This document shows, one piece after another, positions 1 through 6,805 of a stretch of 43,582 nt of DNA. A model generated the notes under the pieces. That model did no database searches and was not told where the DNA came from. It saw nothing but the letters and a program-made list of their open reading frames with translations. Source of the DNA: Gemmatimonadales bacterium (GTDB taxonomy: Bacteria; Gemmatimonadota; Gemmatimonadetes; Gemmatimonadales; GWC2-71-9); contig DASTYH010000036.1 in NCBI GenBank assembly GCA_035765075.1, positions 1 through 43,582 on the forward strand, read 5' to 3'. The translations under genes and the position numbers were made by a program. The number at the start of each line of letters is the position of its first letter. The first letter of the stretch is position 1.

Positions 1-502
1 CTCGCCGAAGTGCCTGATCCGAGGGAAGTCCGCGATCCATCAGCTGCGAGAGTACGAAGAGGGGCACGGCCAGCGAGTGGCCCGATGGTGCGGCCTCGGC
101 GAGCGCACTGACCGCCTCGCCTCCCGCACCATGATGCAGGACGAGCTCGGCGGCCTCCGTCTCCGCGTCGGTCGGCAGCTCTCTCCCGCCCTGCACGAGC
201 GCCGCTCTCGCCCGCTCGAGGCGCTCGGCGTGCCGGCCGATTCCGGTCTCGATGTCCGCCGGCGCCACACCCTTGGCCGCGAGCTCGAGCGCGCGATGCT
301 CGAGCGCCTGGGCGGGGAGCTCGCGCGCCCGCGCCTCTGCGATCCGCCCGAGCACCCGCTCGGCGACGTCGGCCGGAAGCACGGCGCGGAGTCGCGCCGA
401 GGGATCGGCGGCGGGAGTCTGGGCGGCGAGCGGCGCGGCGAGCAGGCAGCTCGCGACCACGACGATTCGGAGCGGAGCATGCCGCAGGTCGAGGGTTCGC
501 AT
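1..502 (-). CDS. secreted helical protein, paralog of the 1701..2381 product (C-terminus lies beyond the window edge)
   Basis: Absent from the ORF track because there is no stop in the window. My translation from ATG at 502 (minus) reads MRTLDLRHAPLRIVVVASCLLAAPLAAQTPAADPSARLRAVLPADVAERVLGRIAEARARELPAQALEHRALELAAKGVAPADIETGI... It has a signal-peptide-like N-terminus. Motif order is the same as in the 1701..2381 protein (DP.A.RL.....A..V..I...A....LPA..L..KALEGA.KG). Confidence 0.7.
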   Translation of the reverse strand, partial: MRTLDLRHAPLRIVVVASCLLAAPLAAQTPAADPSARLRAVLPADVAERVLGRIAEARARELPAQALEHRALELAAKGVAPADIETGIGRHAERLERARAALVQGGRELPTDAETEAAELVLHHGAGGEAVSALAEAAPSGHSLAVPLFVLSQLMDRGLPSDQALRR

Positions 503-562
503 CGGGTCTCCAGGGTGTACCCTGCAGACCCCGCGGACCCCCGATTCGTCACATGCGGGGGT

Positions 563-1699
563 TCATTCGACGATGAGAATCCCGGCGGCGCCGCCGAAAT
601 CGTCGCCAGCCGAGGGGAGGCCCGGGGGCACCCGCCACTCGCCCCCATCCACCCGGATATTGAGGCGATGGACCCCCGGCGGAAGAGCTACGGTGACCGA
701 CCACCGCGCGCTCCCCGTGGGCGTGAGGGCGACCGGCTGCCAGCTCGTGAAATCTCCCATGAGCTCGACGCGGCTACCGCGGACTCCGATGAACTCGAGT
801 CTCGCCGAGCCGCCGGCAAGCGATGTGATCTCGACGCCGGCGCCGTCGGCGGGACGCGGGAGAATCCGGTCGAGCGGCTCCACGATCCTCCGGGCGCGAC
901 CGGGCCGCCCCGTTGCGATTCGCAGGCCGATCGAGCCAAAGCTGCCGGACGGCAGCCCCTGGGCTGGGTCGGCCACATACCTGCCCGCCGCCCCGGTCAG
1001 TGCGACGCGGCTCCCGATCCACCAGGCGATGCTCGCACCCCCCCATCCCTCCACGGTCGCGTCATCGGGGCGGGTCCAGCGCCTGAGCCCGCCCCACGCC
1101 ACAAGGTCGAGAGCGCCGCGCTCGAGCCTGAGCGCCGCCTCGCCGTCGGCATATCGGGATTCGTCACCGATGCGCGTGGCGGAGAGTGCGAGGGACACCG
1201 TTGCCGGACCAGCACGGGTCCACCCCCCCGCTTCGGCGGAGAGTGTGCCCCGCCAGTCCGCCCCATCCCACGCCCTTCCTCCTGCCACACCGCCCCAGAG
1301 ACCGTGATTCCGCCTGACCCAGTGGAGCCGAGCCGATCCGTCGAGCGCGCTGGACCCTTCGCCCCCTTCGTAGCGAGTCCCGCGCGCGCGCCCCTCGACC
1401 TCGGGCCGGAGTCCGGCCACCGGAGGGAGATAGGTCGAGCCGGCGAGGTGCCCCTGGACGTTCCAGTCGCCCGCCGAGAAGCGGGACACCGTGCCGCCTG
1501 CCGAAAAGGCGTGCGATGCGCTGATCAACTCGTAGGTGGGAGCGAGCGAGAACGCCGTTACGGCGCTGCTGTCGGAATAGGAGATGCGGGCGATCGCGCC
1601 GTCGAGCGAGGCGACGCTCTGGGCGGCGAGGATCGATGGCAGTGCGAGGAGCGAGAGCGTGACGAGGAGTACGAACCGCCCGGATACCGGTCGGTCCAC
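563..1699 (-). CDS. putative outer-membrane beta-barrel protein with C-terminal glycogen-binding (AMPK1_CBM/CBM48-like) domain
   Basis: Lies within track ORF 563..1894. I place the start at in-frame GTG 1699, 1 nt after the TGA of the upstream gene. This gives the signal peptide M-DRPVSGRFVLLVTLSLLALPSILAAQ. The middle region has a Gly/Trp/Ala alternating strand-like pattern (WGGVAGGRAWDGADWRGTLSAEAGGW). The C-terminus RLEFIGVRGSRVELMGDFTSWQPVAL...HRLNIRVDGGEWRVPPG matches the glycogen-binding module pattern. Confidence 0.75.
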   Translation of the reverse strand: MDRPVSGRFVLLVTLSLLALPSILAAQSVASLDGAIARISYSDSSAVTAFSLAPTYELISASHAFSAGGTVSRFSAGDWNVQGHLAGSTYLPPVAGLRPEVEGRARGTRYEGGEGSSALDGSARLHWVRRNHGLWGGVAGGRAWDGADWRGTLSAEAGGWTRAGPATVSLALSATRIGDESRYADGEAALRLERGALDLVAWGGLRRWTRPDDATVEGWGGASIAWWIGSRVALTGAAGRYVADPAQGLPSGSFGSIGLRIATGRPGRARRIVEPLDRILPRPADGAGVEITSLAGGSARLEFIGVRGSRVELMGDFTSWQPVALTPTGSARWSVTVALPPGVHRLNIRVDGGEWRVPPGLPSAGDDFGGAAGILIVE

Positions 1700-1700
1700 G

Positions 1701-2381
1701 TCAGGGCCGGCTGGGCCGGCCCTTTGCCGGTGGTTCGGCGGGTTTCCCGCGTCCGGAAGGTTCCGGTCTGGCTTGCGGCACGACCGGCTCGCCTGCGCGC
1801 CCGGGCGGCTCGGCGGCCCGGCCTGGCGGGGCATTCGCCGCACCGGGCGGCTCGACCGGCGGCCCGGGGGCGAGCGCGGCACGATACTGCGCATCGCCTG
1901 CGCGCCGTTCGGCGAGTGCGAGGATCACGGCCGCGGCACGATCCACCGGAATGCCGTTGGCCACGAGGTCGGTGAGCACGGCGAGCGGAAGGAGGGCCGA
2001 ATTCGCTCCCCGCGCGCGCTTGACCCCGGAAAGCACCTCCGCCGCCGCGCCGGCCCTGAGGGCGCCGACCCCGGCCACGAGCTCCGCCTCGCTCGCGCCC
2101 GCGCCGAGCGCACCACGGGCAACGCGGAGGTCGGTGGCCAGCGTGCGGACCGCAAGCACGATTCGCGTCCCCGCCGCCCCCTTGCTCGCACCTTCCAGCG
2201 CCTTGTTGACGAGCGGCCCCGCGGGGAGGTCCGCAGCCACCGCCGAGTCGACGATGGCGCGAACGGCGGAGGCGGTGGCGGGATCGAGCCTGGCGGCGAG
2301 CGGGTCACCGCCTGCCTGGGCCGCGAGCGGCGCGGCAGAGAGGACGAGGGCCGCGAGCGCGACGAGGCGACGTGCGGTCAT
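1701..2381 (-). CDS. secreted Ala-rich helical protein of unknown function with Pro-rich C-terminal tail
   Basis: Signal peptide MTARRLVALAALVLSAAPLAAQA. ATGA start/stop overlap with the upstream anti-sigma gene (2378-2381). Paralogous to the 1..502 product. Confidence 0.7.
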   Translation of the reverse strand: MTARRLVALAALVLSAAPLAAQAGGDPLAARLDPATASAVRAIVDSAVAADLPAGPLVNKALEGASKGAAGTRIVLAVRTLATDLRVARGALGAGASEAELVAGVGALRAGAAAEVLSGVKRARGANSALLPLAVLTDLVANGIPVDRAAAVILALAERRAGDAQYRAALAPGPPVEPPGAANAPPGRAAEPPGRAGEPVVPQARPEPSGRGKPAEPPAKGRPSRP

Positions 2382-2983
2382 GTCTGCCCCGTCACGGTAA
2401 CGACCGAGTTGGGTGCGCCGAAGTCGGCGCTCGCGGCGCGTGGGGCGTTGGGATCGGGAAGCCAGCGAACGCCGTCGACCACGAACGCGTATTCATGCCG
2501 CCCTGCGGCGAGCGGCACGGTCACGGTCCAGATCCCCTCCTCCTCCGTGGCCGTGAGGGGCGTGGCGCCCACGCGCCAGGCGTTGAAGTCCCCCACGAGC
2601 GCCACGGTGGCGGCACCAGGCGCCCGGATCACGAATCGTACGGCGTTCTCATCCGTGACGCTCTCGGCGGCGGCGGTGGCGACGGCTGCCCGACCCGGCG
2701 CCGTCATCCGCCCCACCCAGGCGCTGCCAAGCATGAGCGCGCCGATTGCCGCGGCGAGGGCGAGCCGGTGGCGGGCGGGCTGCTGGTGGGGCCGGGCGGC
2801 CGGGCGGGCCTCGGGCAATTCGAGTACCGAGGCGCCGCTTCGCCCACCCGCCGCATACACGCCGGCCATGATCCGGTCGTCGAGATCGGCGCTGACCGAG
2901 ACCGGCGCGCGCGCAACGGCGACGACCCGTCGGATTGCCGGATCGCTCATCGCCTCGTCGGGCTGCCGGGACTCGTCAGACAT
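2378..2983 (-). CDS. putative single-pass anti-sigma factor with extracytoplasmic glycogen-binding (AMPK1_CBM/CBM48-like) domain
   Basis: Overlaps the ECF sigma gene by 8 nt. Central TM helix LALAAAIGALMLGSAWVG. C-terminal VRFVIRAPGAATVALVGDFNAWRVGATPL...GIWTVTVPLAAGRHEYAFVVDGVRWLPDPNAP is a classic AMPK beta/CBM48-type signature. Confidence 0.75.
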   Translation of the reverse strand: MSDESRQPDEAMSDPAIRRVVAVARAPVSVSADLDDRIMAGVYAAGGRSGASVLELPEARPAARPHQQPARHRLALAAAIGALMLGSAWVGRMTAPGRAAVATAAAESVTDENAVRFVIRAPGAATVALVGDFNAWRVGATPLTATEEEGIWTVTVPLAAGRHEYAFVVDGVRWLPDPNAPRAASADFGAPNSVVTVTGQT

Positions 2984-3515
2984 GGTAGGTCTCCAGCAGG
3001 TGCCGCAGTCGTTCGCACGCGCGCTTCACCCGCATCTTGAGCGCGGAGACTCCTTCTCCCGTGAGCTCCGCCATCTCGTCGTACGTCATCTCTTCCACAT
3101 ACTTGAGCAGAAACGCCTCGCGCGAAGCAGGCTCGAGCTGCGCCAGCGCCCGCGCGATCTCCTCCCCCTCCTCGAGCTCCCTGCCTCCGGCGGCGGGGTC
3201 GGCGGTGTTCTCGACCGCGGCCTCGTCGGCGACGAACGTCGCCTCGTAGCGCCCGCGCCGGCTTCCCCGGGTCCGGCACCGGTTGGCCAGGATGCGGAAA
3301 CACCAGTTGTCGAACCGATCGGGATCGGCGCACTGGTCGAGCGCCCGCCAGGCGCGGATGAAGGCGTCCTGCAGCGCCTCCTCGGCGTCCTCCCGGTTCC
3401 CCAGCATCCGGTACGCAAAGCGCGCAAAACGATCACGATGTCGTCCGACGAGTACGCGGTAGGCCTCGGTATCGCCTGCGAGCACCCGCCGGACGATGAC
3501 CCCATCGTCGTTCAC
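2976..3515 (-). CDS. ECF-type RNA polymerase sigma-70 family factor
   Basis: Region 2 (YRVLVGRHRDRFARFAYRMLGNREDAEEALQDAFIRAW) and region 4 HTH (REAFLLKYVEEMTYDEMAELTGEGVSALKMRVKRA) are recognisable. Confidence 0.92.
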   Translation of the reverse strand: MNDDGVIVRRVLAGDTEAYRVLVGRHRDRFARFAYRMLGNREDAEEALQDAFIRAWRALDQCADPDRFDNWCFRILANRCRTRGSRRGRYEATFVADEAAVENTADPAAGGRELEEGEEIARALAQLEPASREAFLLKYVEEMTYDEMAELTGEGVSALKMRVKRACERLRHLLETYHV

Positions 3516-3650
3516 GAAATACAGACCCCGGCAGCAGATGGACGGTCACGCCGGCGTCCCGATGTCCGCCGTGCTTCCGGAATCTGCACCCGCGGACGAG
3601 CAGGCTCCAGTGCATGTGACGCGCGGGACCATGCAAGGGTCTGCAGTACT

Positions 3651-3676
3651 GGTTGCTGGTTGGTGGTCGCTGGTCG
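3651..3676. repeat. heptanucleotide repeat (GTTGCTG GTTGGTG GTCGCTG GTCG), reverse orientation of the CAGCRAC family
   Basis: Sequence ggttgctggttggtggtcgctggtcg lies in the sigma/DUF4382 divergent intergenic region. Positions 3658-3673 are a 16-nt exact match to 31601-31616. Confidence 0.8.
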
Positions 3677-3803
3677 ACGGTCCTCCGTTCCGGCTTGCGC
3701 CGCCGGCCGGGCGCCGGAGGCCAGTGACCTCCCCAGTGACCGAACAGCAGGGCGCGTGCTCGCATGCAGGACCCGTCCAACGCCTGTTGCCACTGGTTTG
3801 CCC

Positions 3804-4670
3804 GTGACTCGTCCGCTCCTTCCCTTGACGCTCGCCGCCGCGGTGGTCTCCGGCTGCCAGAGCTCGGGAATTTCCGATATCACTTCGCTGTCCATCCTGC
3901 TCAAGGAGCCGCCCGGGGACGTGGAGGCCGCGGTCATCACCGTGGCCCGCATGGAACTGATCGGTCCGCACGGACCAGTCGTGCTGCTGCATCAGCCCCG
4001 GGTGATCGACCTGCTCGACCCCGAGGAGTCGCCGATCGGCCTCCTCAACGACTTCGCCGTCCCTGCCGCCTCCTACCGTGAGCTCCGCGTCCACGTACGC
4101 GGGATGTACGTCGCGATCCGGGACGGGGATGGGACGACCGCGCGGTACGCGACACCCGCCTACGCCGGGGTACCGCCGGGGAGCGGGGAGGTCCGTGAGC
4201 TCATCCTCGAGGACTCCGGGGTCGGAAGCCCGGTGGCGCTCGCGGAAGGGAGCCTCGACCTCCGGGGCGATCAGACGGTGCTCGTCCTGGAATTCGATCC
4301 GCTCCGGAGTCTCCAGCGAAGCACGCTGGGGGGGCGGATCCCGGTTGCACCCCGCATCTCCGGGGGCGAGCTCCGGGAGACCGGCGGGATCGAGATCCTC
4401 CTCGAGAACGCTCCCGCGCTTCCCGCCCCGGGCGCCGCGATGGCGTCGCTCTTCGACGCGAACAGCAAGCTGGTCGGCGTCACCCGCACGTTCACCGATG
4501 CCGATTCGAACGGCGTACCCGAGGCCTACTTCGGCCTCCTCCCGCCGGGAGATTATCGGGTCGTCCTCTCCCCTCCGGACGGATGGGCGGTCGAGTCCGG
4601 TTCCCGCCCCGTCTCCGTGGCCCTCGGACGCGCGAGCCAGGCCCGGTTCACGCTGGTGGCGAGCCGGTAG
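3804..4670 (+). CDS. DUF4382-family lipoprotein with C-terminal carboxypeptidase-regulatory-like beta-sandwich
   Basis: Only the last 289 codons of track ORF 1584..4670 look real. GTG 3804 (alt TTG 3798) gives M-TRPLLPLTLAAAVVSGC (lipobox). Clear paralogy to 4858..5739 (SLSILLKEPPGDVEAAVITVARMEL vs SLTIKLKDAPGDIHAAVVTISEVNL; C-terminal LLPPGDYRVVLSPP vs LLAPGDYKVVLTPA). Confidence 0.8.
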   Translation: MTRPLLPLTLAAAVVSGCQSSGISDITSLSILLKEPPGDVEAAVITVARMELIGPHGPVVLLHQPRVIDLLDPEESPIGLLNDFAVPAASYRELRVHVRGMYVAIRDGDGTTARYATPAYAGVPPGSGEVRELILEDSGVGSPVALAEGSLDLRGDQTVLVLEFDPLRSLQRSTLGGRIPVAPRISGGELRETGGIEILLENAPALPAPGAAMASLFDANSKLVGVTRTFTDADSNGVPEAYFGLLPPGDYRVVLSPPDGWAVESGSRPVSVALGRASQARFTLVASR

Positions 4671-4857
4671 GGCACTCTCCCCGGATGTGACCGATCGGGG
4701 GGTCGGAGGGTCTGCAGGACGTCCTTCCGCTGCCTGATCAGGGCCGCGACAACGGCAAACCCCGCGAAAGCGGGGGACGCAAAGCTACGAGGCTACCGCT
4801 GCCCCGTCCGGGCGCCACGCCAGTCGAGCCGCCGAACGACACTTGAGGAGCCCATAG

Positions 4858-5739
4858 ATGCTGCGCATCAAGCTTTCAGCCGTGCTGTCCCTTGCACTCG
4901 CCGCGGCCGCCTGTGACGGCGGCGTCAGCGAGACCACCTCCCTCACCATCAAGCTCAAGGACGCCCCGGGCGACATTCACGCTGCGGTCGTCACGATCTC
5001 CGAAGTGAACCTCGCCGGCGAAAACCCGGTGGTGCTGCGCGACGAGCCCGCGACGGTGGACCTCCTGACCCTCGCGAACACCACGATGGACCTGGTGGAC
5101 GGCGTCACGGTGCCATCCGGCGTCTACAGCCAGCTCCGGTTCGTGATCACCGGCGCCTACATCGAGGTGGAGAACGAGGACGGGTCGACGAGCATCTACG
5201 CGTCGTCCTCCGACTACGAGGGCCTTCCTGACGGTGCCGTCGTGGCCGGCGAGTTGCGCATGCCGAGCTTCAGCCAGTCCGGCCTCAAGGTCACCATGGC
5301 GGACGGCGCGCTCGAGCTGAGCGGTGACGAGCAGATCCTGCTGGTGGACTTCGACGTGTCCCAGAGCTTCGGGCATCTGGCGGGGCAGTCCGGTGCCTGG
5401 GTCATGCATCCCGTGATCACCGGCGGCGTCCTCGGCCTGAGCGGCGGGATCGACGTGACCGCGACGCTGGGCGACGGCGTCACCTTCGACCTTGCCACCG
5501 CCAGCGCCTCGCTCACCGACGCGGCGGACGTCGCGGTCGGGAGTCCGGTGGCACTCACCGACGCCGACCTGAACGGCGTCTTCGAGGCGAGCTTCGACCT
5601 CCTGGCCCCGGGCGATTACAAGGTCGTGCTGACTCCCGCGGCCGGCACGCTCACGCTCGATCCGGCGTCGCCGCATCCGGTGACCGTCACCTCGGGCGGC
5701 ACCGCCACCGTCAACTTCACGGTGACCGCGGCCAACTGA
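4858..5739 (+). CDS. DUF4382-family lipoprotein (paralog of 3804..4670)
   Basis: Lipoprotein signal MLRIKLSAVLSLALAAAAC. GAGGAG RBS 8 nt upstream. Paralogous to the preceding gene. Confidence 0.88.
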   Translation: MLRIKLSAVLSLALAAAACDGGVSETTSLTIKLKDAPGDIHAAVVTISEVNLAGENPVVLRDEPATVDLLTLANTTMDLVDGVTVPSGVYSQLRFVITGAYIEVENEDGSTSIYASSSDYEGLPDGAVVAGELRMPSFSQSGLKVTMADGALELSGDEQILLVDFDVSQSFGHLAGQSGAWVMHPVITGGVLGLSGGIDVTATLGDGVTFDLATASASLTDAADVAVGSPVALTDADLNGVFEASFDLLAPGDYKVVLTPAAGTLTLDPASPHPVTVTSGGTATVNFTVTAAN

Positions 5740-5774
5740 TCGGAGCAGCGGTATCGTCGTAACTGCTTACTGCG

Positions 5775-5836
5775 AAGGCGCGGAGGGTCGTACCGTGGTC
5801 CGCTGAGGACACGGCACCGGCCCTCCGCGCCTTTTG
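5775..5836 (+). terminator. probable intrinsic terminator after the DUF4382 gene
   Basis: 13-bp perfect stem aaggcgcggaggg (5775-5787) / ccctccgcgcctt (5821-5833) followed by a TTTT run (5832-5835). The loop is long (33 nt) and contains an inner CCGTG/CACGG hairpin. Confidence 0.55.
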
Positions 5837-5860
5837 TATTCTCGCCGGCGGCTCGAGTCG

Positions 5861-6790
5861 TCAGAACTCGCCGATGAAACCGATCTCGGGAACCAGCCGC
5901 TGGCCGAACTTCGCTTCGACTTCCCGCTGGGCCAGCGCGATCAGCGCCCTGACGTCGGCCGCCGACGCGCCTCCCAGGTTGATGATGATATTGGCGTGGA
6001 GGTGCGAGATCTGGGCTCCGCCGATCCTCCTGCCCTTGAGACCACACTGATCCACCAGGCGCCCGGCGCCGATGCCCTCGATCTTCCGGAAGATCGATCC
6101 GGCGCTCGGATGCACCTCGAGCCAGGGATGGCGTGCGCCGCGCCAGCTCAGGTTTTCCTGATGGATCCGGTAGAGCACCGCGGGATCGGCCTTCTCCAGC
6201 CGGAAGGTGGCGGCGAGCACGTAGTCGGCACGGTGGTGGAAGATGCTGTCATCGTACCCGAACCTGACGTAATCGGCGCTCACCGTTCCGCGCACGCCCT
6301 CGGCCGACAGGATCTCGCACGATTCGAAGACCTCGGCGATGAACATCGTCCGCTCCCGCTCCGGCGCCGGCGAGAGGAAATGGAGATTCTGCCACACCGC
6401 ACCACCGACGGTGCTCGGGATTCCGATGTAATGCTCGAGCCCCGACCACCCGAGCCGCGCGGACTCGAGCACCAGGTCCTGGACCACGGCTCCGCTCTCC
6501 GCCCGGAGGAGGCCGTCCGCCGACCAGGCGTGGGCGGTGGCCGCGTTCCGGATCACCAGGCCGCGAAACCCCTCGTCGCCGATCAGGATGTTGGCGCCGA
6601 GCCCGAGGACGAAGAACGGGATTCCGGCATCGCGCGCCGCCGAGATGGCGGCAGCGAGGTCGTCGGCGCTGGTCGCGGTGTAGAGGAGGTCCGCCGGCCC
6701 GCCGATGCGGAAAGTGGTCCACGGGGCCAGCGCGACATTCTTCTCCAGCCGGGCCGCATCGAGCCCGTGCTTCCTGGCATTCAGCTTCAT
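5861..6790 (-). CDS. murB: UDP-N-acetylenolpyruvoylglucosamine reductase
   Basis: APWTTFRIGGPADLL, FVLGLGANILI and HPSAGSIFRK motifs. Length 309 aa. Confidence 0.93.
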   Translation of the reverse strand: MKLNARKHGLDAARLEKNVALAPWTTFRIGGPADLLYTATSADDLAAAISAARDAGIPFFVLGLGANILIGDEGFRGLVIRNAATAHAWSADGLLRAESGAVVQDLVLESARLGWSGLEHYIGIPSTVGGAVWQNLHFLSPAPERERTMFIAEVFESCEILSAEGVRGTVSADYVRFGYDDSIFHHRADYVLAATFRLEKADPAVLYRIHQENLSWRGARHPWLEVHPSAGSIFRKIEGIGAGRLVDQCGLKGRRIGGAQISHLHANIIINLGGASAADVRALIALAQREVEAKFGQRLVPEIGFIGEF

Positions 6791-6805
6791 GGGCCTCTTC
6801 GGCGG

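Noticed and set aside
503-562. Hairpins (CAGGGT-GT-ACCCTG; CCCCCG-N12-CGGGGG on the minus strand) between the barrel gene and the downstream paralog as an attenuator.
   Set aside because: The stems are short, there is no U-tract, and the 60-nt gap is compatible with simple operon spacing.
77-1975. 632-aa plus-strand ORF, together with 252..1307, 40..648 and other overlapping ORFs in the first 2 kb.
   Set aside because: The composition is dominated by Arg/Gly/Pro/Ala with no recognisable motifs. They lie antisense or out of frame to minus-strand genes that have signal peptides, paralogy and domain signatures. These are typical high-GC shadow ORFs.
1584-3803. The N-terminal about 740 codons of the 1028-aa track ORF 1584..4670.
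   Set aside because: This part is antisense to the sigma/anti-sigma operon and is low-complexity Arg/Ala/Gly-rich. Only the last 289 codons, from the lipoprotein signal at 3804, look like a real protein and have a paralog.
4760-4775. CCCCGC-GAAA-GCGGGG hairpin (GNRA loop) between the two DUF4382 genes as a terminator or sRNA.
   Set aside because: The stem is only 6 bp, with no U-tract and no second copy. That is too weak to call.
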